Assembly: GCF_001194135.2 (NCBI RefSeq)
Contig: NC_068998.1
Span: 36,406,112 to 36,470,111, forward strand
Origin: Octopus bimaculoides
Lineage: Eukaryota
DNA: 64,000 bases
Direction: 5' to 3'
The notes beneath the pieces are model-generated. The model did not search any database and was not told the origin of the DNA. It was given only the letters and a program-made list of their open reading frames with translations. This document shows, in pieces, positions 25,951 to 40,125 of this stretch. Both the position numbers and the translations under genes were made by a program. Each line of letters starts with the position of its first letter. The first letter of the stretch is position 1.

Positions 25951-27102
25951 GAGCTATCAGTGGAAGAGGGGTTGTTATAGTCAGACTAAATACTTGTTCT
26001 GAATATTTGCAGCAGAATGGACTTTGCTAAAGACACTCAAGAACTATGTGACAAATCAAGCCCACCACTCGTAAAATGGCAATGAAGAAAACATGACATG
26101 CTGAAAGTAGTAGCCAATTCTCTCCCGAATAACACCCTAACAATTTTTAAAAATTAAAACTTAACCTTTAGAAAGGTAAAATCTAAAGAAAATGATATAC
26201 TTAATCCATTATCTTGTTTAAAGCCATTACCTGATCCTAAGATTCCTTTAGAGGAGTCCTCAATGCTGTAAGCAACGCAGCCAGGTTTCTGGTTTGGGGA
26301 TACCGTCTTTTCTGCCACAGGCTACCCAAAATTTCACGAGTACTACTTTCTCTCTTGCCTGAGTGATTAAAATATTGGGTAATATAATCCGAGATACAAT
26401 ATGTCTGAAGAACAGACAAAAATTAGAAAAACAAAAAAATTGTGATTGTCACGAATGGAACACTTTTGATTACACATGTACTAGATTAGTAACTGGCCTA
26501 GAACCAAACAACCACAATAACTACTAATTTGTTATATCTATAATTAAAATTATGTATAGATGCCAGCAAATCATAAATGGATGTACCCTCTGTTATATTT
26601 GTTGTTTATAATTTTCTACAATTCACTTACTTTATTAAATTTATTGATTATTTTCAAGAATTCTATTTAATCTTTTCTACCATAAACAACGTTTTATTTT
26701 ATATTCTTTGCTAGTTTATGTCACTCTTTACTTTAATAAATATTGTTTACTAATTTTCTTTTTCATTAGGAATGTTCTGGAAGATAGTCTAATCTAAGAA
26801 CATTATCTATTTGATCGTCTAACTTTAAATGTTCTAAGCTATTTTTCTTTTACATAATTTTTTTTTTTTAGCTTTAGCTTTCAGCTTTTATGTTTGTGCG
26901 TATGTGTATGTTTGTGTGTGTATGTGTATGTATGTATGTATGTATGTATGTATATGTGTGCGTGTGTATATGTGTATGTATATATGTGTATATGTATGTA
27001 TATATATATTTATATATATGCATACACACACACACATATATAACAAGGTTATATATGTGTATGTATATATATGTGTGTTTGTGTATAAGTGTGTGTGTGT
27101 AT

Positions 27103-27187
<85 letters not shown>

Positions 27188-28944
27188 CTCGCTGTCACTA
27201 ACTACTGCCTAATTATATATGCCTGCTTAACTTTTGCATCAACAAAGTATAAACTGTCAACTATGATATTGCAGATATGGTTTTGTAGTTAACTTTTATA
27301 TGTTAATATAAAACTATTATATATCTTCAGGTCCGTTTCCACAGAGCTGGGTCTTCCTGATCTTGTGAGTAAAATATTTGGTAACAAGTGCAGAATAACC
27401 TCGGTTCTATCTGTTTATGATTCGTATATTTAACCCATCTTGAGTGCCTTTTGAGTGTGTCTTCTACGTCATAGACATTCGTGCTAAATCTAAGTCCTTA
27501 GAATTAATTCCAGCCTTTGTATCACCAATATCGGATGTCTTGAAAAAGAAAATTGACGCTGCTCTTCGTTTTCTAACTTAGCCATGACAAAACGAGTCTA
27601 AAACTCTCTTTGTTAGTCTCTTGGCCCCTCTTACATTTTTCTCCCTCGCTCTTAACCCTCTCCATGTATGTATGTGTGTATGCATCCATGTCTTTCTGTT
27701 TGTCTGTCTGTTTGTATATATGTATGTTTATATAATTATCAGTCTTACATAGTTATATTTTTGTGGATTCATAGTAATTTGAAATATCTATTTACTCTAT
27801 CTGCCATGAGAAATGCACCATAAAAGTTTGATAAAAAAATGTACTGTTATTGCATCAGCTATGATATTAAGCTGTGACGCGCATTTAGTTTGTGTGTAAT
27901 CGCAGAAGAGTGAAGCCAAGAGACATACAATACGGCATGGACATCAGAAATTTCTTAATGAAATATGTCATGCACAGTTTGCTCAATGGAAACGTTGTGA
28001 CATGCCATAACTAAAACAACGACGACGACCACAAGAACAACAGCAACAACAATAAGAGAATAAAATAATAATCCTTCCTAGTATAGGTACAGGCTTGAAA
28101 TTTTGAGGAGGGTGAGGAGTTTGTCAATTACATCGTTTGCAGTACTTAACTGCATATTTTATTTATAGCACATATTTTATTGACTCCAAAAGACTGAAAG
28201 AAAAAGTTAATCTCGGCGGAATTTGATTTAGAACGGAGAAATGCATGAAAATTTTTGTCCGGCATGCTAACAATTCTACTAGATGGCCACCTAAATAATG
28301 ATAAACTTTGAGGAGAGAGGCAAATTAATTGAATCGAGTCCTTTGCGTGACTGGTACGTACTATATCCTTCCAGATAAATAAATATTTTACGACTTGCCT
28401 GCCTCGGTAGACTATATACTGCCCCATGCATCAGCATGAGCCTCTTGAAATCAATTTTAAGGTCATATCCCTCTGAGCGTGAGGAAAATGTAAATCAGCT
28501 TTCTCCTTCCTGCTCCTAGCCATATGACGAAACAGTCTCCTTCATGACGTATCTGAACTTATTTCTTTGATTGGAATTTGTCTATGTCTAGGAATTATTA
28601 TATACTGGATGCCAAAGTTGGAAAGATTTTTTTGTTGTAAACGCTTTTATCCGTATTAAAAAGCAAAACACAACCAAAAAAGAAATCTCATGTTTTTGTT
28701 GCAAAAGATTGTCTTTTTTTTCCAATATTTACGTCTAGCTTTCCTTCTTTTTTATGAGATTTCTGTGCCAATGCTTGTTTCATTGGCATGTATTACCAAC
28801 TATTTCACCCAGTGGACGTAAAATTAATCAAGAAATTGCTGACGTTACTGAATCAATTCGGACAAATTGACACAAAAACTTCGTAAAAAAAAAGAAAAAG
28901 AGTAGAGCGCTGTGAAAGGTATCTTTCCACAGTAAATAATAATG

Positions 28945-29038
<94 letters not shown>

Positions 29039-29042
29039 TAAA

Positions 29043-29499
29043 TGGGCTACAGCAAATATTCTGCTCAATACCACAGATTTGCCTGTCAGTTATTTGACCT
29101 TAACCATTTGAGCATGTCTCTTGGTGGTTGACAATATGTGCATCTCTGATCACGAGCAGAAGTAGTGGGGAAGCATCATAGGCATGTATTGAGAAGAATT
29201 CTTTGGGGTTTGAATAATTCACCTCTGGAAACATGGGTGTTTTGTTCAACATCCTTAAACAACCCTTATTCAAGGACCTTTTGAGCTGGATGGGTTACTC
29301 GACCTGGAGAATATCCTAACTGGGCCTCACCTGCAAGGTCATGCGCTTTTATCTTGATATGAGATCTCCATACCGCGCACATATGTTTGTGATGCATGTG
29401 CCTAGTGCACCCTTATCAGACGGGTAGTCATGATGGGTATACTGGGTTTCGTATATTTTACCCAATGTCACTTTGATGGCATGCGCTGCTCTCTCACTC
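29043..29499 (+). mobile_element. Unclassified ~460-bp non-coding element inside (TAA)n (probably a retroposed 3' UTR)
   Basis: Higher-GC complex sequence bounded by TAA arrays on both sides and ending ctctctcactc(aat)n; no ORF recognised. Confidence 0.6.
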
Positions 29500-29587
29500 A
29501 ATAATAATAATAATAATAATAATTTTAACATTGTTACCAGCGCTCATTTATTCCTAAAATATGACGTATACAGATGTGTTGCAAAGT

Positions 29588-29635
<48 letters not shown>

Positions 29636-31812
29636 CACTTCTCTCTTATACCCACTACCAAACAAAATACTCTTATATTTGTATCTATACAATCATCTCT
29701 TTATTCTTAACTCATCTCCACCTTGTTCCACCTGCATTTCCAGAAACATTTTCACCTGGTTCATAGAACACCCTTTTCGCCATTGTCTGTCTTTCTTCTT
29801 TATTTTCTCTGTACCTTGCTCTTCCATTCTTCTGCTGAAGGATTAACATGTTAAACGTAAAAGCTCTTTATCTTTCCTTTACGACGTTAAGATAGTACCT
29901 TATTTATCAACCTTCGTATTTATGCTACACTTGTATCCTTATACTCGCATACATTCAGACGTATGTATATATGCGCATACGTACATTCATACGTACGTAT
30001 ATTGTTCCTAGAGACACAGACAGACAGACGCACACACATACACACATACACACACACATACACACACCCATGCATATACTTATTTACACACACGCGCGCG
30101 CGCACACACACATACATACACATATGTATGTAGAGACGGACTAACGAAAGGAGAAAAAATACTAAATATAATATTAAAACGTTAAAAATGTCTTAATTAC
30201 GCAAAATAATTTCACAAATATATAAATAAGGAAGTAATGATAATAATAATAATAATAAGAAGAAGAAGAAGAGGAGGAGGAGGAGGAGGAGGAGGAGGAG
30301 GAGGAGACGAGATTTCAAATTATTTTGATAATGATATGATACGTTAATTAAACGAACAAAAAAATTAACAAAATTCGAAATAATTAAAAAGTACAAAATT
30401 AGATAGAAAGAACGTTTATAGATATCTCAATAAATACTTAATTACATATGTATTTATAATAATTGTAATTTAATTATTATATTTAATCTCATTGCTTAAT
30501 TTAGGTTTTTACGCAACAGTTTTCTGAAAAAGTTTTGATTTCTTCTGACAAGGCCCGAGGCCAAATCGATTAAATAGATTGTAGTGTAATTAGTTATACA
30601 TATAATTATTGATCGCAGAATGATAAAAGCAAAAGACAACATTGGGAAGGAAAGTAAGTAGGTGAAGTTAATTACTGCTGTAAGACAATATAACTCGGCG
30701 CTTTGCTACTTTTGCTGACATCTCGTTGATTTGATTCTGATTGTTATTGTTATTGTTTTACTTTAGCTACAGGTTATCCCTTATCATCCAAATCAGTAAT
30801 CAAAGGTGTTGTAGCCAGGACTATTGCTTTGCTGGTATTTTGTTTATTTATAATTATTTAAATGTTTCTTGAAGCCGAGAACTCAAAATGCTACCCACCT
30901 GGCTTCCAGAGAATGTAATTCTCTTCTGAACAATACGCCGGTTCGTTGTAGGGTTTAAAGCCAGTAATTTTTAGGAGAGGGGACAAGTCGATTATATCTA
31001 CCCCACTACTTGACTGTCACCTTATCCTATCAATCTCGAAGAAATTAAAGGCAAAATTAACCTCATCTCAATTAAATTCATCTCAAAACGTAAAGAGCCA
31101 GAATTTGTCCGACCTGCCAATTCTGCTAGCTTGCCGCCCTATAGGCATTTTACAGGACTGCCTTTTTATAGAGATATATTATCCTCTCGCAAAATGGTTA
31201 TTTGTGATCTGAAGGTGATTTTACTTCTATATCTAGCAGGTCAAGCAAAGTAGATTCTTGTAGTTCAGAGAAGCGTAAAGGAAGCGTGAATTATATTCTA
31301 GTTTCGTACCTCAACTGCGCTAAATCTGTTTGCTCTCAGAAAGCATCATTAGACGTTAGAGAAATATAACGAATATCACAACATCTTATTTTTTCATGCT
31401 CCAAGATATAGAGGAATTATAGCTAGTTACAGGAAGCAAACATTTCACGATCTGCACTGTAAATGAAAGAGGTAAATTCTTAGCGAAACGAACCTGCGAC
31501 ATGATTTCAAGTCACTACTGAAGCTAACTTCTTTCAAATTATATAGAAACAAGGTTATGTCATTTAGATATTTGCTTCATAAGTACGTGCTTGTGAGTTC
31601 GATTCAACTGAACTATAACTTGAGTAAGGGGCTTGTAATATAGCCGTTCATATAGTACTATGTGAATAGAATTTAGTTGATAGACGTGCAGAAAAAGCTC
31701 AATGTCCTGTACCCAGATATGCATCTATATATACAGGTAGATGTAAGTATGTACATACATGTACGTATATATGCATATACTCATTTATATATATATATAT
31801 ATATATATACAC

Positions 31813-32105
31813 ACTAGCAGCTAAGCCCAGTTTCACCCGGTCTGTTTAGATGATGTGGCTGTGATAGTTTTCGGTTAGGCATAATCTATAACAGCCTTTC
31901 TCAACCTTATCATTTCGGGTCCCCTGTTTCGATTGGAGCCTCCAGCTGTATGAAAATTTCCTGAACCCACTTCCTTGTCAGAAAACAGCTACAGGAGTTG
32001 TGAAGAACGAATTTGTACGTAGTCTATTTCTGAGAACTATTCTACTGGATCTCTGTCTAATCATTAAAACATTGATTTAATTATGAACATAGAAAGAAAT
32101 TATAC
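31813..32105 (+). mobile_element. Possible Helentron-associated (HINE-like) element
   Basis: Begins actagcagctaagcccagtttcacccggt just after (TA)n, like recalled ACTAG + short GC palindrome 5' ends. Confidence 0.35.
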
Positions 32106-32589
32106 ATTAATCCCTATTTTTGTAAGCAGTTGTATCCGTAAAAAATTCTATTTGCAGAGAGCAGAAATTGAAAGAAGATATATGAAATAATNNNNNNNNN
32201 NNNNNNNNNNNNNNNNNNNNNNNNNNNNNNNNNNNNNNNNNNNNNNNNNNNNNNNNNNNNNNNNNNNNNNNNNNNNNNNNNNNNNNNNNNNNNNNNNNNN
32301 NNNNNNNNNNNNNNNNNNNNNNNNNNNNNNNNNNNNNNNNNNNNNNNNNNNNNNNNNNNNNNNNNNNNNNNNNNNNNNNNNNNNNNNNNNNNNNNNNNNN
32401 NNNNNNNNNNNNNNNNCAGAGTGAATGAAGGTATGTGTCATGATGATTGACGTCTTTTAAGGTACACACACATACATAGAAAATGTCATCGTATAAAATT
32501 TTTACGATAAAATTTATTTATATATATATATATATATATATGTGCGTGTGTGTGCGTGTGTGTGTGTGTGTGTGTGCCTGTGTATGTTT

Positions 32590-32800
32590 GTGTGTCTATG
32601 TTTGTCACCCCAACATCGCTTGACAACCGATGCTGGTGTGTTTACGTTCCCGTAACTTAGCGGTTCGGCAAAAAGAAACCGATAGAATAAGTACTAGGCT
32701 TACAAAGAATAAGTCCTGGGGTCGATGTTCTCGACTATAAAGGCGGTGCTCCAGCATGGCCGCAGTCATATGACTGAAACAAGTAAAAAAGTAAAAGAGT
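32590..32800 (+). mobile_element. SINE family B, 3' arm, young
   Basis: cgcttgacaaccgatgctggtgtgtttacgttcccgtaacttagcggttcggc...ggcggtgctccagcatggccgcagtc; preceded by (TA)(TG)n. Confidence 0.88.
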
Positions 32801-33489
32801 ACCCCATCAAGATAGATTCCCCTCCACCTTCATTCTTCTGTCGGAGTAGATCGATTAAAATACCAGTAATACGCAATGATTTCTTTTCAATTGATAGTCA
32901 TTTCCCATCGATTATGCAATTCGCCTATACATTTCTTATTCTTGTACCAATACAAAATAAATCAATATTACTATTAATTCAACTATACACATATATAAAT
33001 GTATGCAACGAATATATAGTCTTTCACATTTCAAAACTTCCTCATCTCATCTCTCTTTCCTTTCCTATGTTCTTCTCTCCTTCTCCATAGATTTATGTAT
33101 TCCATTCCACCATCACCACTACCCACATTCTCTCTTACCCTCCTTTTCTCTCTTCATCTATTTGTTTTATACATTTCGTTTCTCTGATGATGTTTTTGTT
33201 ATCGCTGTTGTTGTTAGTGGGGGGGATGTTGTTTAACCCTACCTTTCTCACACAAATCGAACTTCATCCAACAGATCTATGACCATAAAGTATTCCAACC
33301 ATGAGCATCAATTCTCTTTAGGAATATGTATGGAGCTAGATTATCTAAAACGTTCCTTCTTGTGTTTTTTAGAAGGTAGTCGGGGATTTAAAGGGCATTC
33401 GACTGCTATTTTTAGCTTATCAAATTACTGCGTAGACGGCTTTCCCGTTTGCTTGCTTTCTCATGTCTACTTCATACACCCTCGCAACT

Positions 33490-33990
33490 TACTTCACTCT
33501 TGCCACCCACTCATTCTGCCACCCACTCCTTCACTCACTTGCCTACGTACTCACTCACTCACTCACTCATTCATTCACTCATTCACTCATTCACTCACAC
33601 TGCTTCTCATTTATTTACACACCCTCTCACTCACTCAGTCAGTGATGCACTCCCTCCCTTTCGCACTCATGCACTCTCTCCTTCTCTCACTCACTCACTC
33701 ACTCACTCACTCACTCACTCACTAATTCATGCATTCTCTCACTCACTCACACAGCCAATCATGCACTCTCTCTCTTTCTCTATCTCTCACTCACTCACCC
33801 ACACTCTCTCTCATTCCCTCATTAACATACTAACTCACTCACTCGTACACACACACCCTCTCTCCTTCCCCCTCCTCTATTCCTCTTCGTTCCTCCCTCT
33901 TCGCTCACTCACTCACACACATACACACACACACACTTACCCACCCACCCCCTCCCTCCTTCACTCGTTCACATTTACTTTCTTCTCCAC
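33490..33990. repeat. Degenerate (TCAC)n array
   Basis: Repeated cactcactcac; source of the H/S/L/T-rich ORFs. Confidence 0.9.
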
Positions 33991-34286
33991 TTTCCTTTTT
34001 TCTTTCACTATTTTAGCTTACTATCGATCCAATAGGCGTTTCAATATTATTACATACACGACTCAATGGCGACTATGTACCCGTTTAGTCTCGTAAAAAT
34101 TGTTTTATTAGCCAACGTAGCCGCCCACAAGCTGAGAGTGACTGATAGTGACTAATCATTTCGTAATAAATGTTTAAACCTATTCGTTAAGCAATGCTGA
34201 AACTAACCAGCTTTGAACATTGAGATTTTTATCTTACATTCATAATGGCATACACACTTATAGACATGCATCTATCTATCTATCTC

Positions 34287-34322
<36 letters not shown>

Positions 34323-34536
34323 GCCATCGCGTTTTTTCTCTCATTATTCACGCTCTCTTTACTCATACACACAAACACACAGACGCATGCACACATGCAT
34401 ACATGCACGCACACATACATATGGACGCACGCACACACACACATGCATGCACACACAGACACAGACACGCACATACACACATGTATATAATGGCGGTAGC
34501 CCAGCATGGCCGCAGCTCTCGAGCTCAAATTAGTTA

Positions 34537-34576
<40 letters not shown>

Positions 34577-34625
34577 CCACACACTCACAGGCACACACAC
34601 ACACACACAAAAATACATATATGTT

Positions 34626-34677
<52 letters not shown>

Positions 34678-35339
34678 TAGATGTGTACATGATATCTGGC
34701 TAAATATATGCGTATGCATACATAATTTACATGTTTATACATAACAGATAAATACACAAGTATATACATAAAATTTGCAAAGTAATTTCAAGATACTAAA
34801 TGAAGCGTGATGCACTTTAGATCTATATGTATAGATGTTTTTATTATATATTTTCACTACTCACCCCTCCAATCATACACACATGTGCACCCGCATGGAC
34901 GCACGCACACAAACAACACACGCACCCAGATACACACACACACGTGCACACACACATAACTGCTTATCAACCTAGCCACCTATCTATCCAGCCAGCAGAC
35001 TAACCAGTACGCTAGCCAACCAGACGTTCAGCCAACCAACCAGCAAGTTAGCTGCAGCGGGAAAGTAAAACAGTAAGAGAAACTAAAATTTACAATCAGG
35101 TAGGTAATGCACAGAACAAATTGTTATCGATGCTACAACTCAAATAATTTCAGTAAAAGCCGATACAACGATTGGCAAAGAATTGTCAATGATGAATGAG
35201 GTAACCTCGCCATGTTCCTAATTACAAAATGCAACTAGCAAAAGAGCAACTCAGAAAAAAATAGAAAAAAATGGCAACCTTAGAGTTTAACCGCCATAGA
35301 AACAACCAGCATGTTACCGAGTTAACGATGGTTTATCTA

Positions 35340-36088
35340 TATGTTCACTTGGTCAGCTAGAAAGAACAGTGACATCTTCCTCAAATCATACCCTGGTTGT
35401 CTTTAAACAAAAGAGAGGACTCTCTGGGGAATGAAGTTCTGGATTCACTATATTTGAATGAATAAAAGATAGGATGGTCACAGCTGGAATGGTTTTGATT
35501 ATAGGTTTATGCTTAGAGCTTAGAGCTAACCTTGGTGGGTAGACAATAGCAAAAACAACAACAAAGACAGAAAGCCTCACTCGAGCGATGTCCCGAGGGA
35601 AGTCTATGTGATCGGTAGACTTGCAAGAAATAGCAGTCTTGAAAAAAGGAAGGGCTCTGTAGAAAATGCAGTCATTGATACATTGTATATGAGTAAAAGA
35701 CGGAACGGTCATAGTTGGAACATTTTTGATCATAGGTCTACTTGAGAGTTAAGCTGGGAGTAAATAACAACGAAAATACTTACATGCGTGCGAAGTTACG
35801 AAGGAGACTGCAGACGACTGGCCTGCAAGAAATAACAGTTAATTCTCTCTCAGATTGCATCCTGTCATCTTAGAAAAACGGGACATTGGTTAATGCAGTC
35901 CGGAATATACCAAAATGGAAATAAATAGGTGCTGGTGTGGTTGTGTGGTATAAAGTCTGCTTCTAGGTTCTAGGTTCAGTTCCACTGCAGGGTACCTTGG
36001 ACAAGTGTCCTTTGGTCTCCTACTATATAGCCCGGGCAAACCAAAGCCTTGTGATAGGATTTGGTACACGGAAACTGAAAGAAACCAA

Positions 36089-36140
<52 letters not shown>

Positions 36141-36960
36141 GTGCCTATCTCCACCACCGCTTGACTAACGGCATTGTTGTGTTTACGTCCCTGTAACTTA
36201 GCGGTTCGGCACAAGAGACCTATAGAATAAGTGCTAGGCTTGTAAAAGAATGAGTTCTGAGGTTGGTTCATTCGACAAAAAAATTCTTCAAGGCGTTGCC
36301 TCAGCATGACCACAGTCTAATGACTGAAACAAGTTGAAGATAAAAGATAAAACAAAACAAAGAATGGTTACTTGTGGAATGTTTTGATCATAGGTATACT
36401 TGCAGAAAGATGACCTGGGGTTAAATAACAACACCAATAATAGCCAGCAGATGAGCTAATAAGTTTTTTTTCTGTGCTAGAGATAGCAACGAAATTTCGA
36501 TCAAAACACTCGGCATGAACTTTAAAATAGAAGGTACATAAAACAATTCTATATTTGAAAAAAAGACATGATGGTCATGTTTGGAATAGTTTTGAACATT
36601 GGTCTGGTGTACAAATCTCGACTGGTATAAACAAAGACAAGATCAAGGGAAGCAGTAGCAGCAGCAGCAGCAGCAATAACGACAACACCAGCCAACACAA
36701 ACGAAGATGCAGGCCAACTGCATGTTAGAAGTTGTAGGTCAAGTTATAATTGACGATAAAACCAGACAAAACTGCTCATTACATACAAAAATGCCCCGCT
36801 TCAAAATAAATAAATAAGTGAATAAATAAATAACATAATCGCTATTTTAAGGTATCGGGGTTGAAATTTCCAAAATGAATCTACGAACATCGTAGACAAG
36901 TAAAGTTGAGATGACCATGATTGAAACAACTTTAAATTAAGGTCTTGCTTCATCAGAGCT
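35340..36960 (+). repeat. Cluster of old dispersed repeat family D (gatggtca..gctggaat..tttgatcataggt..ctgggg.taaataacaac)
   Basis: Decayed module near 35470, 35700, 36362, 36570 and 36905; RC copies near 14790, 30750, 33230, 44030 and 48450. Confidence 0.55.
35928..36350 (+). mobile_element. SINE family B, full length with internal (GT)n
   Basis: 5' arm, (GT)n at about 36091-36138, 3' arm. Confidence 0.85.
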
Positions 36961-37018
36961 GAGCTGAGCCGTAGAATAACATTTGATGTTGTTGTTATTA
37001 TTGTTCTTCTCCTCCTCC

Positions 37019-37094
<76 letters not shown>

Positions 37095-37154
37095 NNNNNN
37101 NNNNNNNNNNNNNNNNNNNNNNNNNNNNNNNNNNNNNNNNNNNNNNNNNNNNNN

Positions 37155-37215
<61 letters not shown>

Positions 37216-37535
37216 ATAATAATAATAATAATAATAATATTTTCTACTAAAGGGACAAGGCCTGAAATTTTCGGGGAAGGGACTAGTCGATGTTTCACTG
37301 TTACTTAATTTATCGACCTCAAAAGTATGAGAGGCAATAATAATAACCAACAAACCAATCAGAGAGGCTCTATGCGGTCAATCGAACTGCTGAAAATTGC
37401 AGCCAAATCTCAATCAAATTACACTATCTTTTTCTTTCTTAACATATAAACACTTGGGCTTTTTCACTGGAAGTATCTCCATTCACTGATACCTTTACTC
37501 TCATCAACCCGTTGCGAATGGTCTGAAACTGAACA

Positions 37536-37751
37536 TTATTTTCTACTCTAGGCACAAAGCTTGACATTTTGTGGGAGGTTGCCAGTCGATTAGATCGATT
37601 AGATCGACCCAGTACGCAACTGGTACTTAATTTATCGACGTCGAAAGGCAAAGTCGACCTGAGCGGAATTTTAACTCAGAACGTAAAGATAGACGAAATA
37701 TCGCTGAGCATTTCGCCCAATATGCTAACGTTTCTGCCAGCTCGCTGCCTT
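37536..37751 (-). mobile_element. SINE family A, near full length (A1 tail)
   Basis: RC head aaggcagcgagctggcagaaacgttagc; tail ttgtgcctagagtagaaaataa. Confidence 0.82.
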
Positions 37752-38656
37752 GGTTTGAAATTGAATATTAATTAACTGTATTAGTTCTACTAGTTTCAAA
37801 AAGCTTGCTAAAGATTATAGAATGGAATGAAAAAATGTATTTGTTTCTCGTAAAACCTAACGTTGCTGAAACGGAATCGTTATTGCTCAAATAGAGGACA
37901 AAAGGACACTTTTATATCAAACTGTATAACTCAAAATACTTATTTGTTGATGTATGTTTAGCAGGAACAGCATGCGGAAAATTGCCTTACACGTTTATGG
38001 AACATATAGATTAGTTAATTCCACAACACAATATATATTTAGCCTAAATCAAAATTAATTGGTGATGACAGAACCATTCATTCTCTCCTGTAATTACAGC
38101 TGCAAAATTATTTTGGAAGAAAATTAATTCTTCGATGTATTGAAATAATCAATTTGTATAATGTTCTACAGCATGTTACTTAAATTCTATCGACAATATA
38201 TTACTAAATTTACACCAGCGAAGGGAATCTGCTTCCTTCATGCACATAATTCCTAAGACACACATTTTATTTCTGCCTCTCAGCCAAAAGGCCAAAGCCG
38301 GAAACATTTTTGCATGTTTTTTTTCTCATAGTAATTGAATGTATGATTCACTCTCAGAATAGTCTTGTCAATTCTTCACAGATATCTCCCTTCTGTGCAG
38401 CCAGTCTTCACTCTCTATACTAAACTCTACTATGTACAACCCTAATCCTTGACAACGATCACTTCCTTCTTTAAATTCTAACTCTTCCTTCCGCGCTCTA
38501 TAGTCTCTCTCTCCTCTCCCAATTTAATCTTTGTACAATCTCTCTGTGCTCTCTGATCTCTCTAATCTACTTCACCCGTTCTGCATCCACTCTCTCCTCT
38601 TTCTACCATTCTTCTCTCTGTACAGACACTCGCCTTTCTTTACAATCAATTTGTGT

Positions 38657-39270
38657 GTTGGCACTCCGTCGCTTACGACGTCGAGGGTTCCAGTTGATCC
38701 GATCAACGGAACAGCCTGCTCGTGAAATTAACGTGCATGTGGCTGAGAACTCCACAGACACGTGTACCCTTAACGTAGTTCTCGGGGATATACAGCGTGA
38801 CACAGTGTGACAAGGCTGACCCTTTGAATTACGGGCACAACAGAAACAGGAAGTAAGAGTGAGAGAAAGTTGTGGTGAAAGAGTACAGCAGAGTTCGCCA
38901 CCATCCCCTGCCAGAGCATCGTGGAACTTTAGGTGTTTTCNNNNNNNNNNNNNNNNNNNNNNNNNNNNNNNNNNNNNNNNNNNNNNNNNNNNNNNNNNNN
39001 NNNNNNNNNNNNNNNNNNNNNNNNNNNNNNNNNNNNNNNNNNNNNNNNNNNNNNNNNNNNNNNNNNNNNNNNNNNNNNNNNNNNNNNNNNNNNNNNNNNN
39101 NNNNNNNNNNNNNNNNNNNNNNNNNNNNNNNNNNNNNNNNNNNNNNNNNNNNNNNNNNNNNNNNNNNNNNNNNNNNNNNNNNNNNNNNNNNNNNNNNNNN
39201 NNNNNNNNNNNNNNNNNNNNCGATCCTATGACCGCGAGTCCGCTGCCCTAACCACTGGGCCATTGCACCT
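38657..39270 (-). mobile_element. SINE family C, full length spanning a gap
   Basis: tRNA-like head ggtgcaatggcccagtggttagggcagcggactcgcggtcataggatcg; 3' end gacggagtgcca. Confidence 0.88.
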
Positions 39271-39337
39271 ACACACAATCAATTTATTTTATAGTCATTC
39301 TTCCTCTCTGCAATCCCTCTTCTTCTCTACAGTGAAT

Positions 39338-39770
39338 CTTTTATCTTTTACATGTATCAGTCATTTGACTGAGGCCATGCTAGGGCACCACCTTGAAGAT
39401 TTTTTTTTTGTCGAATGAACCGACCTCAGTACTTATTCTATCGCTTCTCTATTGCCGAACTGCTAAGTTACGGGGATGTAAACACTCCAACACCGGTTGT
39501 CAGCAGTGGTGACGGGGGGAACAAACACAGACACAAAGACACACACACATACATACATACATACATACATACATACATACATACACACACACACAAATAC
39601 ACACACATATATGTCTGTGTGTGCGTGTATTGACATATATACAACGGACTCCAGTCGTATATATTCCCTCGCAAATTCCCTCGCAAGGTTTTGGTTGGCC
39701 TGAGGCTATAGTGGAAGACACTTGCCCAAAAAACATCACCTTGTAAACGAAGGATGTGCTATGGAACCAA
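39338..39770 (-). mobile_element. SINE family B with internal (ACAT)n
   Basis: RC of both arms flank the acatacat array. Confidence 0.75.
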
Positions 39771-39939
39771 CAACGAAAGAACATCTATGTGGTCGCCCGA
39801 CTGGCTGGAAACCGGTATGTCTCTCTCAAATTACACCCGACCGTCTTATACAACATATTTATACAACATATTATCTAACATCTCTGCTCCCAAAACAACA
39901 GTTTTCTTTCTTTCTTTTTCTTTGTTTCATCATGATCAT

Positions 39940-39949
39940 CATCATCATG

Positions 39950-40000
<51 letters not shown>

Positions 40001-40125
40001 TTCTTCTTCTTCTCCTTCTTCTTCTTCTTCTTCTTCTTCTTCTTCTTCTTCTTCTTCTTCTTCTTCTTCTTCTTCTTCTTCTTCTTCTCCTTCCCCTCCT
40101 CCTTTTTCTTCTTCTCTTCCTCCTC
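39940..40125. repeat. (CAT)n followed by (CTT)n
   Basis: Directly visible; source of the poly-I/F/H/K/M ORFs. Confidence 0.95.

Noticed and set aside
39221-39270. tRNA gene (also heads at 8771, 24638, 55940)
   Set aside because: These are tRNA-derived SINE heads continuing into SINE bodies; no complete cloverleaf.
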